Source: Callorhinchus milii (taxonomy: Eukaryota). Taken from it: a stretch of DNA of 64,000 nt. The notes below the pieces were generated by a model that was not told the origin of the DNA, made no database searches, and worked only from the letters and a program-made list of their open reading frames with translations. The stretch is taken from NCBI RefSeq assembly GCF_018977255.1, contig NW_024704743.1, positions 111,292,001 to 111,356,000 on the forward strand, in the 5' to 3' direction. Below, piece by piece: positions 13,401 to 25,300 of this stretch. The position numbers were made by a program, and so were the translations under genes. How positions within the stretch are numbered: position 1 is the first letter of the stretch; each line of letters begins with the position of its first letter.

Positions 13401-16400
13401 AACAGAAACCCTTGCTCCAATGGCCAGGGGAGTTAGTTCATGTTGTATGATCAGCTGCTTTGATGCTCGTCGAAACATCAGCAAATACGTGGCGTGTTTC
13501 TTTTCTCCAAATGCTACAAAAAGCTGATTGTGAAACTTTAGTGATTCCCTTCTGGAAAGTGTTCACGTGGACCCCAGGTGAGGACAAGATCAGGCTCAGT
13601 AGGATATCCCCACAGTTACGCATTCTGTGGCTCTCACTGCCTGGGCTCACGTGACGAAACTACTTACAAGTAGTACCGGAGACCAACTGGTGCCCATGGA
13701 AGTGAGGAGATGAGAGTAAGTTTAAACAAACACATGGAAAGTCACAACTTTTAATCCAGATTCAATATATGTCTTCCTGTATTGTGCTGTGAAGCTGAGT
13801 AATGCAGGTCTTTGCACTGGAACAATGTCATAACCAGATTCTGCGTTCCAATTTGGATGAGGGTATTGGAAACTGAAACGTTATAATTGTTCCCATACCA
13901 AATATGTCTTAGGAGACCTGATGTGCATGCAAAATAAAAATGGGGAAGAAGGAAAGGCAGGCAAAACAGGTCATGTCCTAAAGCAAGCATAATGAAAAAA
14001 ATTAGACAAACGTTGCTCTGACTATGCTACATTGCTTCCAAATCCATATCAGTATCACATCAATTGCAGATACACATTTGCTTGAAGGCAGAATCCATTC
14101 ATTTTGCACCATTTCCAGAGCTTGTACTGACATTGCAAGTTAACCTGCAGTACATGGTTGCCCTCTGATTGTCAGCGTATATGGAACATGATAGAAAGTA
14201 CAACTGGAGAATAATTCTTCTTTCATTGAATTCATTGATTAAGCTAACAGGAAGATTCTGTGCAGAATCCTAAAGGATACAATATTTCTACACAACTAAA
14301 CACCGTAGCTAATTCCAGTTTCACAAATTAATAGTATAATCTACAATCATTACAAAAAATTAGACAATTAGAGGTTATTGTGTAAAGTCAAATTTTCAAA
14401 CCTTCACTTCTAAAAGGTTGACATCATAGGTTCTAGTTCAGTTTGATTTGCCGGGCCCTATTATACATAGTGGTTCTGATTACTATCTAATAATCCCAAG
14501 AGACAGTTCATATAACTCAATGCGACCCGACAAATACAAATTGGGGAATGGTACAGTTAGTTTGATATCATATACTCACCCGTGTCGCTGCTATAAAAGT
14601 CCTTCCACAAATTCTGCAAGGTACCAGATCATTTTGAAGTGGAGTGCCATCGGAAACTGTAAACAGAATGTCAGCATTTAATGCATGGTCACTTATAAAG
14701 GTGTACTGTTGTGCAAAGCTGCACTATGAGAAACAGTCAAGGATTGTTTCCTAAATGAAGACTCTAGACTGATTTCAGTGCCGTCATGACTTCAAACAAA
14801 GACCCAGTGAACCACTGGCCTGAATGTTTACAATGCTGCAACAACAATAAATACTTGCATTTATATAGCACCTCTCTTGCAGGGTAGGGTCCCAGTGTGC
14901 TTAATGCTAATTAGGTTTATTGAGGGGCAATGCAGAGATTGCTACATTCCCTGCTCAAAATCTGCATTTGTGGTAAATTACACCTCCTGTACTCAAGATA
15001 TTCTCTTATACCAAATTCTGAATTTGTTAAGATTTTTTTTCCCATTTCACGACTCAGGAATATTTTGATTGTTGGGACATATTTCTCTCTGAGCTTAAAG
15101 GCACATGACTGACAAGCTCTTCACACGCAACCCCCGGTGGGCTGCACAAGTCCCTCTTTCTGCTCTCGATCTGCCCATTAATGTCAATGATCTCCCTGCG
15201 GTGTGGCTCCAAATCCCTGTTTTTAAGAACACTTGATTCTTTCTGAAGACGAATATTTGTAGTCTTGTTACTGAATTAATGAAATATCACGTGAATAGTT
15301 ACAACAGATCCATGTGGTCTTGGTTTATGCTGTCGAGAAGCTATTTTGCCCAAATCTCATGACCTTTCAAAATGATCAGGTGTCCAAACAGTATACAACA
15401 ACAACAAGATTCCATTTATAGAGCGCCTTTCACGTCGGGAGGACGTCCCATGTCGGGAGGATGTATACAGTTAGAACTGCAAAAAACAACTACAGTGTCC
15501 TCATAAAATACACATTCGATACACAATAAAATCCTATGAAACTAACTCAGCGTGATTCCTTTGAGGGATACAAGGACAGGTGGGGGGGGTGGATAGAGAA
15601 GAGAGTAAGAGGAAGGAAAACATCTGCAAAACTTATTAAGGCCATCTGAGGATGTTTACTGTAAAGGCATTAACAGGCAAATAGATGAAAGAGAAAGTGA
15701 TTAACGCCATTCAGATCAAACTGATTTACATAATTAAGTCAGAGAGAAAATTATGCCCTCAGGCACTTATAAAGTCACCATTTGGTAGAGTTTACGGATA
15801 AAGGAAAAGGGGGGCAATTAGGGATACAAGATCTGACTCAATGGCTGACTTACGAAGATGTTATTCTCTTCTAAGCTGATTAGGTGGAACGCTGTATAAA
15901 ATAATTAACCACTGGCACAATGAGTCTGCAATGACCCCACTGGTTCATGGCCTCTCTGACTCCAGGCTCTAGAGGCACCAGAGACTGCTAACCGAGATCC
16001 AGGTTATAAAATATTGTAATTGATGAAAAAGATTAAGATAACACAGTCGTAGTTATAAATAAAATAGAACAAAACAAAGCACGCAAAATGTACAGTATAA
16101 ATGCTGAGGATGTTATATGATTTGCTGTATATACTGGATCAACTAACCATGAATACTGCCCAGCAAATCAGTTCAGGGTGGGGTTATAGAGGCATTGCTG
16201 CAATGATTATTTGACACTCATTGCTGATCACTCTTCTGGATGCAACGTGTAAATGTCTTTCCCAGGGCAGATGAGATCAGGAACAGTCGGAATTTGAACA
16301 TTAAGGGCGAGGCTTTTATCCCAAAACGATGCTGCACGACTGGAGGGGACCCAAGGCTGGGAAGCCAAGAGTCTCCCCATCTCAGGCTCACTGTGTGTCT

Positions 16401-17145
16401 GTCTGTGTGTCAGAGACCCAGAGCTCTCTTGTCTCTCACTCTCCACAAACAGGCAAAGAAAGGTTCAGGCGAAGCAGTCACTGACTGACTCGCCCTTTCT
16501 CTGGCTCTGTGAAGGAGAAATTGACTGATTCTCTCTTCCTGTGTCCCTCCCTCCCTCCCTCCCTCTCTCTCTCCCTCCCTCTCTCTCTGCCTATCTCAGT
16601 CTCTGTCTCTCCCTATGTGTTTCTCTCCCCCCCCTCTCTCTCCCTCCCTCTCTCTCTGCCTATCTCAGTCTCTGTCTCTCCCTATGTGATTCTCTCCCTC
16701 CGTCTTTTTCTCTTACTCTCAAGTTTTTCTCTACATCCCTCTCCCCTTTTCTCTCTCTGTGTCTCTCCCTCTCTCTCTGTATCTCCATCTCTCTCCCTGT
16801 GTCTTTCCCTCCCTCTGTCCGTACCTCAGTCCCTTTCCCTGCGTCCCAACCTCTCTCCCTCTGTATCTCTCCCTCACTGTGTTTCTCCTTTTCTTTCTCG
16901 TCATATCTCAGCCTCTCTCTCTATATGTCTCCCTTTCTCTCTCTCTCTCTCTCTCTCTCAGTCTCTCTCCATATGTCTCCCTTTCTCTCTCTCTCAGTCT
17001 CTCTCTCTATATGTCTCCCTTTCTCAATCTCCCTCAGTCTCTCTCTCTATATGTCTCCCTTTCTCTCTCTCTCTCTCTGTCTATCTCTCTCTATATGTCT
17101 CCCTTTCTCTCTCTCCCTCAGTCTCTCTCTATATATGTCTCCCTT

Positions 17146-17178
<33 letters not shown>

Positions 17179-17387
17179 ATATGTCTCCCTTTCTCTCTCT
17201 CTCTCAGTCTCTCTCTCTATATGTCTCCCTTTCTCTCTCTCCCTCAGTCTCTCTCTATATATGTCTCCCTTTCTCTCTCTCCCTCAGTCTCTCTCTCTAT
17301 ATGTCTCCCTTTCTCTCTCTCCCTCAGTCTCTCTCTCTATATGTCCCCCTTTCTCTCTCTCCCTCAGTCTCTCTCTATATATGTCTC

Positions 17388-17422
<35 letters not shown>

Positions 17423-17825
17423 CTCTCTCTCTCCATATGTCTCCCTTTCTCTCTCTCTCTCAGTCTCTCTCTCTATATGTCTCCCTTTCTCTCTCTCCCT
17501 CAGTCTCTCTCTATATATGTCTCCCTTTCTCTCTCTCCCTCAGTCTCTCTCTCTATATGTCTCCCTTTCTCTCTCTCGCTCAGTCTCTCTCTCTCTATGT
17601 TTCCCTTTCTCTCTCTCTCTCTCCCTCAGTCTCTCTCTCTATATGTCCCCCTTTCTCTCTCTCCCTCAGTCTCTCTCTCTATATGTCCCCCTTTCTCTCT
17701 CTCCCTCAGTCTCTCTCTCTCCCTCTCAGTGTACCTGTGCCCCTCAGCACACTGGAGAGCTGGTGAGCAGACGGATAGCACTGACACCCACAGAGCGCCG
17801 CACTCTTACCCCACACATCGTCCAT
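1270..17825 (-). CDS. ZC2HC1A: Zinc finger C2HC domain-containing protein 1A-like. 9 coding exons: 17825-17810, 14656-14580, 12634-12518, 11243-11102, 10128-9986, 4306-4207, 3886-3787, 2652-2539, 1447-1270. 987 nt, 328 aa.
   Basis: All introns are GT-AG with compatible phases and the exons join into one open frame: MDDVWVSDGTPLQNDLVPCRICGRTF...FDSSRQRAEGTD...PKKPSNWRRKHEEFI...DYIQCPYCQRRF...HISFCKEQ...FCHDCGTKYPVEWAKFCCECGVRRMTL*. This closely matches vertebrate ZC2HC1A as recalled, including the C-terminal Cys-rich finger. Confidence 0.93.
1951..2318 (+). mobile_element. Full-length tRNA-derived SINE with an L2-type tail and (TTA)n end
   Basis: A box tagctcagtgg; B box ggttcaattcc; tRNA-Ala-like loop cttgcaa; tail gcgctatatcaaatgcaaggattattatt. 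Related full copies at 26945-27274(-) and 31855-32182(-). Confidence 0.9.
2539..2652 (-). CDS. ZC2HC1A: ZC2HC1A exon 8 (GASGIRARTLTPPSVTRNITSTALVNRKKGYNAENYTR)
   Basis: tttcag| ... |gtaagc; 114 nt. Confidence 0.88.
3787..3886 (-). CDS. ZC2HC1A: ZC2HC1A exon 7 (GFATPKGNTSPASEYKLREGSPAKRLGAINHPTG)
   Basis: ctgcag| ... |gtgaga; 100 nt; phases 1 to 2 fit its neighbours. Confidence 0.82.
4207..4306 (-). CDS. ZC2HC1A: ZC2HC1A exon 6 (FKSPVLKKTNSPSSTPPASTRIPLPSVSGKTVS)
   Basis: atctag| ... |gtgagt; 100 nt. Confidence 0.88.
5295..6720 (-). mobile_element. CR1-clade LINE, 5'-truncated (RT plus 3' end)
   Basis: ORF pieces NYRPVSLT, VDVVYMDF.K.FDKVPH, GVPQG.VLGP, KFADDTKL, LVRPQLEYCVQFW, FFTQRVVRIWNALP; (ATTCTATG)-type terminal repeats. 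Confidence 0.93.
7055..7573 (-). mobile_element. Young L2 3' fragment
   Basis: Nearly identical to 22354-22932; (TTG)n tail. Confidence 0.92.
8856..9177 (-). mobile_element. Young tRNA-SINE subfamily copy
   Basis: Nearly identical to 35138-35456 and 46612-46939. Confidence 0.92.
9986..10128 (-). CDS. ZC2HC1A: ZC2HC1A exon 5, second C2HC finger (DYIQCPYCQRRFSQSAADRHISFCKEQ...)
   Basis: ttttag| ... CAG|gtgaag; 143 nt; lies within ORF 9911..10285. Confidence 0.93.
11102..11243 (-). CDS. ZC2HC1A: ZC2HC1A exon 4 (PEPPKKPSNWRRKHEEFITTIRAAKGLTQVMKEGRPLPPPPPPSYNP)
   Basis: ctttag| ... |gtatgg; 142 nt. Confidence 0.95.
12518..12634 (-). CDS. ZC2HC1A: ZC2HC1A exon 3 (LKHEPICQKNTAKRRRAFDSSRQRAEGTDISTLKPLKPR)
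   Basis: ctgcag| ... |gtatgt; 117 nt; family motif FDSSRQRAEGTD. Confidence 0.95.
14580..14656 (-). CDS. ZC2HC1A: ZC2HC1A exon 2 (VSDGTPLQNDLVPCRICGRTFIAATR)
   Basis: ttacag| ... |gtgagt; 77 nt; carries the CxxC of finger 1. Confidence 0.92.
16530..17730. repeat. CT-rich minisatellite (~36-40 bp unit ctatatgtctccctttctctctctccctcagtctctctct) in ZC2HC1A intron 1
   Basis: Directly visible tandem array with variable (CT)n. Confidence 0.95.
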
Positions 17826-18330
17826 CTTCCTCTCGTTAGCAACGCGGTCCTGCGTCCAACACAAAGCAGCGCCAAAGCAGCGACGATTGGCTCCAGACTC
17901 TGGGCCGAACCTGCAGAGGCGCAGCGCCGCCGCCAGGGGGCGAAACGCCCCTCCCTGACTCCCCCCATCTAAACCTGGAGCAAATCTTTTGTTTGGGGGG
18001 GATTTTGTTTTCTCAGTTTTAAATATTATTTATTTCGTTTTTGATGGATTGATTGATTGATTGATTTCTTTATTGATTGATTGATTGATTTATTTTTTGA
18101 CTACGCTTCCAAGCAACTTTCGACTGATTTGAAAAGTGACTCTGCTTATTCGCGTGTCGGCCCGGGTCACGCGGCCAGTAGCCACCCCCCCCCCCCCCCC
18201 GCCGCCTCCGAGTCGGACGGTTGTGGGTTTGACGTCCAGGGTTTTGAGCTCGCAGTCGAGGCGGAGGCTCCGGTGCGTTGCTGGGGGAGAGCCACGTTGT
18301 CAGTTGGTGTCGCCCTTCGTAGGAGACGTT
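17780..18330. promoter_or_regulatory. CpG island / promoter of ZC2HC1A
   Basis: High GC and CpG density around the first exon in an otherwise CpG-depleted background; CCAAT box (gattgg near 17884). Confidence 0.75.
17810..17825 (-). CDS. ZC2HC1A: ZC2HC1A coding exon 1 (MDDVW + 1 nt)
   Basis: gaagATGGACGATGTGTGGG|gtaaga inside a CpG island; 16 nt; phase 1 matches exon 2. Confidence 0.85.
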
Positions 18331-19944
18331 AAACCGACGTCCCCTCTTGACTGTTCAGGTCAATGTGAAAGAGCTCATTCGAAAAGAGAAGGGAGTTTCA
18401 CTCCCCCCGTGTCCCTGGCCAACAATCCCCCAGATAAAATTGGTCGTTCACTTCATGGGACATCGCTGCGCACAATTTGGCAGTCACTGCACTTTACAGT
18501 AACCCTGTGAAGCACTTTGCTACGCTCTCCCGATGTGAAAGGCACTATATCAAAAGTACGGATTTTATTATTCTTCTTCAAAAGTATTTTTTGTAACATT
18601 CTTTGCTAAGTACTCAGCTGGATGATAGCTGGAATATGTGTCAAACCAGATAAAATCGGTCATTTACTTCATGATTGTTTTTGGGGACATTGCTGTGTGC
18701 ATAAACCAGTAGGAACCTGGTTGTTAGTCACTTGGCAGATCGCTTTCCGAGGGTAATAATCCCTCCCCCCAAAAATAATAATAATAATTTGGTCACTCAA
18801 TCCACAACTGGTTGTGGGACACTGCAGTGTGCAATTAGTTGCCACGTTTCACCCACAAATATACAATCACCACACTTTAAGTATAATCTGTGAAGCGCTT
18901 TGAGATGTCTCGAAGAGGTGATAAGGCACTATATCAAAAGCAAGGATTGTTGTTATCATTACTTCAGTAATTCCAGTGACCCCCTTTGAGCCATCTCGAT
19001 GACAAATGCAAAGATGATTATTTTCCTTCATTGCCTCATGCTAATGTCTTTAGCTAAACCTGGCCTTGTGGTAACATGAGAATTTTCTTTTGGTCAGCAG
19101 GATGTCCGACACACACAGAAACCCAGAAGAGAAAGTGGCACATGATTCCTGGACTTCTATAGCAACCAGGAGTGTGCCTCATCAAGCAATAATGTTGTTG
19201 GATTGGAAGAATCCTGGCTAACTCAGTTGGTTTAATCCAAGTGTGGGATCAGACCTTCCTGCTCACTCTTCCCTTTCTGAGGCTGATAAATGAATGGAAA
19301 AAAATGGCCTCCATGGAACAGAGAAAACTGGAATCTCCCTGGGGCTGAACTGATTCCAAAGAAACATATTTGGTAAGCCTAATAATCTGAAGCATTGTTT
19401 ACTGCAATGGCACATCAACAAGACCTGGATATGTTGAAATAAATAATAATAACAATAATAATCCTTACATCTGATCTAGCTCCATTCTCAGTAGGAGGCC
19501 GGCACAAAGCATGTCACAAGGATATACTGTAATATACATATTAGCTTCTTCTCCATATTACAGGAATCCTACAATGTGTAAATTCAATGTTCTGCTTATT
19601 AGGCCTGATTTTTAAAAACATTTCAGGTTGAAATAGAAATAGGATTCCTCTCTACTGCTCAGCACGAACTGTAGATTATGGGAAATAAATCATTGACGAA
19701 CACAGTGCCATATAACAGGAGCACAAATAGCAGGCTGTATCTCCAGTATCTTTCGCTGATACTGTATCTCTGTCTACATTTAGTACATGCCATCGCTTTT
19801 GTTGTATGATAGTTGTTTACCACCTGAATTTTGGTTCCTATGTTTGCACAAAATAGCAATATTTTGAATTTATGGCAGGTATACTGGAACTTTTCATTGC
19901 TAACTAACAGGCACTGTTCGTTCTGTTGTAAAATTCCACACAAA

Positions 19945-20868
19945 TCTACTTTGCCTCCTCCAGTATCAACTTCAGGTCCGCTGATGTTCTATCAGCTTGT
20001 CTGGTAGACATCAGGGCCTGGATGAGTGCAAACTTCCTGCAGCTGAATGCGGACAAGACAGAAGCCAAACTCTTTGGTTCCCGTCAATGTCTTCACTTCT
20101 GCGGATCTGAACTCCTCAACCTCCCTGGGCTCTGCCTCAGACTCACTGAACCAGTGCACAATCTAGGCATCCGGTTCGACCCCCAGCTGTGCTTCCTCCC
20201 CCACATCCGGCCCCTGACCAGGACCGACTTCTTCCCCCTATTCCACATTGCCCGCCTCCCACTGTACCTTACCCCAAATGCAGCCAAAACCCTTGTGATT
20301 GCGTTTGTCACCTCCCGCCTGGATTACTCCCAACACACTCCCGCCAGTCTCCCCAGCTGCACTATTCAAAAGATCCAGCTCATTCAGAACTCTGCTGCCC
20401 ACATATTGGCCCGGACCAAACTCCGCACCCACATCTCACCAGTTCTGCCCAGGCTCCACTGGCTCCCCATCACCGACCAGATCGACTTCAAGATCCTCAC
20501 ACTCGTGTTCAAATCCCATTACTTTCTTGCACCTCCCTACCTCTCTGACCTCCTCACTCCCAATCCACCACCTGGCGCCTCCACTCGACTGGCACTAGCT
20601 TCCTGCTCGTCCCTCGCACTCTCCGCCCCACCATCGGAGGTCGTACTTTCAGCCACTACACCCCGAAACTCCTGAACACTTTCTCTCAATCCCTCCACCT
20701 TGCCCCCTCTCTTCCCTTTTTCAAGTCCCGTCTGAAAACTTTCCTCTTGAACTGTGCTTACGGTCACCTCCCCTCCCGCCCCGGCTCGGAGTCAGACTCC
20801 GCCACTGTTAAGCGCTCTGAGACGCTACCCTGCGTGGACGGAGCTATATAAGTGCAAGTTGTTGTTGG
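19945..20868 (+). mobile_element. Older L2 fragment (RT C-terminus plus 3' end)
   Basis: ORF 20022..20675: FLQLNADKTE, AFVTSRLDY, QLIQNSAA, LHWLPI..IDFKIL; (GTT) tail. Confidence 0.9.
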
Positions 20869-21494
20869 TTTATCTTTAGAATCCTAAGACCTGAAATTCC
20901 CTCTAATGGAAATAAACTGCAAGATCACTTTGTAAAAATGTAAGACCATACAGAACTGTTCATCGACTCATTCGTAACTTGGAAGCTGTTTTTCTGCAGT
21001 TATTAACAAACATAACTACCAGTTTCCAAATTAAGCCTGATTAAGAATTTTTGAACATTTGTGTGCGATCTTAAGTTTTAAGGCTTAGACCAGGTGAAAT
21101 TTCTGGCCTTGTAGGGTAGTTTGGCCCAGGAAAGAAATAGCTGTGAATGTTGAGAATGCAGAACTGTAGTTCTGTGAAGTTGTTGGCTGTCTGCTTATCT
21201 ATGCACTGATAACCACATTGTCTCAATTCGTAACACAACTTTAGAAAGAACACATTTTCATTTTCTGCTGCCAGTTAATTAGAATAAAGTTTCATCTATA
21301 CTTATAAATAATAAGCCTTGCATTTGATATAGTGCCTTATCACGTCATCTAGACATCTAAAAGTGCTTCACAGGATATAATGTAAAGTTTCACTTTGCAT
21401 TTTGTGGGCAAAATGTGGCAACCAATTGTGCACAGCAATGTCCCACAAATGGAGTGAGTGACCAATTTTATTTGGGGGATTGTTGGCCAGGACT

Positions 21495-21967
21495 CCCTTC
21501 TCTCTCTCACTCCCCTTCTCACACATTTTCTCTTCCCTCTCACACTCCACCTCCCCCCTCTCAATCACTCTCTCACCCCTCTTCTTCTCTCCTCCCCCTT
21601 TCTCTCTCTCACACCCCCTCCCAAACTCTCTCTCAATCATCCTCTCTCAATCTCCCCATTCTCTGTTTCTTTTTCTCCCCCTCACATTCAGTCCCTCCCA
21701 TCTCACACACTCCCCACCCTCTTATACTCTCTCCCCCTCTCACACACTCTCTCAAACTCTCTGCTCTCCCTCTTTCAATACTCTCTCACAGTCTCTCTCT
21801 CTTACTCATCCTTTCTTACCTCTCACACACATACACTCTCTCCTCTCCCCCCCCCACCTCCTCTCCCTCTCCCCCCCACCTCCTCTCCCTCTCCCCCCCC
21901 ACCTCCTCTCTCTCCCCTCATCTCTCTCCCTCTTCTCTCCCCCTTCCTTCCCCACTTCTCTCTCCAA

Positions 21968-21999
<32 letters not shown>

Positions 22000-22122
22000 C
22001 CCCCACCCCCCCATCACCCCACCTCTCTCTCTCTCTCCCCTGCCTCTCTCCCCTTCCGTTCCCAATCCTTTATCTCTCTCCCCCTCCCCGTCTCAATCCC
22101 TCTCTCTCCCAATCTCTTCCCC
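21495..22122. repeat. Polypyrimidine low-complexity tract
   Basis: About 630 nt almost devoid of G on the + strand. Confidence 0.95.
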
Positions 22123-22353
22123 AAGCGTGGGACACTATCTGCAGTAGCAGGAGCCGGGAATTGGTTGCTAAGGCTGCGGTTGGTAAGAGACGCACTTGGC
22201 TTCCTAACAGACTGCAGTAAAGGCTCTGTGTCCTTCGTCCTCCCAACTGCCAGCTCCTGCCACTGCCCTGGGAGGACGCTCACCAGGGAGGGAGGGAGTG
22301 GAAGTTGGAATGGTGGAAATGGTCACGGGCTGTGTAAAATCACCTGCTGTAAG

Positions 22354-25300
22354 ACAACAACAACAACAACAACAAGATTCCATTTATAGAGCGCCTTTCA
22401 CGTCGGGAGGACGTCCCAAGGCGCTGTACAGTTGGGTCAGGACCCGAGCAGGGGGGAAATGGTCAGGGTGAGGGGAGGGAAGGGAGGGAGCGAGGAGGGG
22501 GGAAATGGTCAGGGTGAGGGGAGGGAAGGGAGGGAGCGAGGAGGGGGTAGAGAGTCGAGAGGGGAGCTGAAGGCACGGTCAAAGAGAAAGGTCTTGAGAC
22601 CGGCCTTGAAGGAGGAAAGGGAGGAAGCAAGGCGAAGGCACTGGGGGATAGAGTTCCAGAGCCTAGGGGCTGAGAGGCTGAAGGCCCGACCACCGATGGT
22701 AGGGCGGTTGGGGCGGGGGATGTGGAGCAGACCGGAGCCAGAGGAACGGAGGGTACGGGCAGGTAGGTAGGGGGATAGTAGGTCGGAGAGGTAGGAGGGA
22801 GCAAGGCCGTGAATGGCCTTGTAGGTGAGGATGAGGATCTTGAATTCGATCCTCTGGGGGATGGGGAGCCAGTGGAGGCGAGCGAGGGTGGGAGTGATGT
22901 GGTCCGAAGCCTGGTGCGGGACAGTACACGAGCTGCAGAGTTCTGAATGACCTGCAGCTTGTGGAGGGAGGTGCCGGGAAGGCCGGCGAGGAGAGAGTTC
23001 CCATAGTCCAGCCTTGAGGTGATAAAGGCGTGGACCAGAGTTTCAGCAGCGTGAGGGGTGAGGTAGTGCCGTAGTCTGGCGACATTCCGGAGGTGATGGA
23101 AGGCGGTGCCAGTTGTGGCGCGGATATGAGGGAGAAAGGACAGCTCAGGGTCGAACAGAACCCGAGGTTCCTGACTGGCTTTGAGAGGTGGAGAGTGCAG
23201 CCTTGGATGCTGATGCTGTCAGCGCCTGAGGTGCGGAGGCGCTGACGTGAGCCAATCAGGAGGGCCTCAGTTTTGCGCACGTTGAGCTGGAGAAAGTTAT
23301 CTCTCGTCCAGGACTCGATGTCGGACAGGCAGCTGTCAGGACATCGGTGGTCGTGGAGTTGAGGGTAGAGGAGGAAAGGTAGAGTTGGGTGTCATCCGCA
23401 TACATGTGGAAGTTAACCCCATGTCTGCGGATGATGTCACCAAGGGGGAGCATATAGAGGGTGAAGAGGAGGGGACCGAGGACAGAGCCCTGAGGGACAC
23501 CACATGAGACAGTGCGGGGGCGGAGGAAAAACCATTTGTGGAGACAAAGTGAAGACGGTGGGAGAGGTACGACCTAAACCACTCAAGGACAGGGCCTTGA
23601 AGGTTTTGGTGGGAGGACAAGCGGTGGAGGAGGATAGCATGGTCGACCATATCGAATGCTGCCGATAGGTCGAGGAGGACGAGGAGGCAGAGGGAGCCCT
23701 GGTCACAGATGGTCAGCTTGACCAGGGCAGTTTCTGTGCTATGGGCAGCACGGAAACCCGACTGAAGGGGTTCGAATAGCGCAGCTGGGAGGTGACAACT
23801 CGTTCCAGGACCTTGGACAGGAAGGGGAGGTTAGAGATGGGCCGGTAGCTTGATAGCTGCGACGCATCAAGGGAGGGTTTTTTAAGGTGGGAGTGATGGT
23901 GGCAGTTTTTAAGGGAATGGGAATAGAGCCAGAGGAGAGGGACAGGTTGACGATGTCTGTGATATGTGGGGCAAGGAGGTGGAGCTGGGAGATAAGGAGT
24001 GGAGTGGGGATGGGGTCAAGGGAGCAGGTGGTGGGTTTCAGGGATAGGATGAGTTTGGTGACAGAGGGTGGGGAAACGGGTACGAAGGTGTGTAGGGGAG
24101 GATGGGTAGGAGTCGGAGTGTGGGAGGGAAGGGGTGGGTGGATGTTGGAGGGGAAGTGACCGCGGAGCGAATTCCCTTGATCTTGGATTCAAGGAAATCC
24201 AGCATCTCCTCGCAGTGAAGGTTGGAGGAGATGACCTGCGCGGGGTGGCGGGGGGGACGGAGGAGTTGGGATGTGGTGAGAACAGTAGCCTGGGGTTGTC
24301 CTTCGCCTCCAGGATTATCCTGGAGTAGAAGGACGATTTGGCCGAGGCTAGAGTGGAGCGGTAGATTTTGAGGAGGTCCAGCCAGATTTGTCGGTGGACC
24401 GTTAGGCCAGATTTGACCCAGGTGCGTTCAGCGGCCCGCACCTGGCTCTTCAGTGAGCGGAGGTGGGTGGTGAACCAGGGGGAGGAGCGAGAGTAGGAGA
24501 CAGTACGGGAGGTGATAGGGGCAAGAGTGTCAAGTGTGGAGGAGAGGGTGTTGTGGAGGAGGGTGAGAGCAGAAGAGGGGTCAGTGAGGGTTGAAGGCCA
24601 GAGGGAGAGGAGTTCAGAGGACTCCAAGGCAGAGGTTAGGGATTGAGGGGGTAACTTCTTCCAGGGGCGGTAGAAGATGGTGGTGGGTCTGGTGGAGGTG
24701 GGGAGGGGGGTGGAGGTGGTGAAGGAGATGAAGTGGTGGTCGGAGACGGCCTTGTCGGTGATTGTGACATCCGAGACACTGAGGCCCCGGGTGATCACCA
24801 AGTCGAGTGGGTGGCCGTGACTGTGAGTGGGGGAGTTGATGTGGAGGGAGAGGTTGAGTGAGGAGAGCAGGGAAGAGAAATCTGAGGAGATTGAGCAGGA
24901 GGGGGTGAAGTGCAGGTTAAAGTCGCCCAGGATGATGAGGCGATCAGAGCAGAGGCAGAGAGATGTGAGAAGTGTTGAGATATCAGAGTTAAAGGTGGGA
25001 AAGGTTTTAGGAGGCCGGTAGAGGAGGAGGATTTTAAGTGAGAGGAAAGAGGGGTGGGAGAGGGTGAGGTGCTCAAAAGAGGGGAAAGAGCAAGAGGAGT
25101 AGGGGGATAGGGCAAGTGGTGTCCTTGAGATAAGGGCAACACCACCGCCACGGCGGTTGGGGCGAGGGATGTGGTGGGAGGTGTAGCCGGGTGGTGTGGC
25201 CTCCGTGAGGGGGAAGGTGTCGCCTGGGGTGAGCCAGGTTTCTGTTAAGGCCATGATATCAACGTTCTCATCAAGGATGAGATCGTTGATGACCAGGGCC

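Noticed and set aside
16900..17730. Regularly spaced repeats superficially like a CRISPR array
   Set aside because: There are no unique spacers and no cas genes, and the context is a eukaryotic intron.
16509..17972. Three long overlapping ORFs (487, 432 and 335 aa) rich in Ser/Leu/Pro
   Set aside because: They are a by-product of the stop-free CT minisatellite, are open in all three frames, and lie antisense within ZC2HC1A intron 1.
21415..22389. ORFs of 229-324 aa
   Set aside because: They are translations of a polypyrimidine tract plus SINE and L2 ends; no domain is recognisable.
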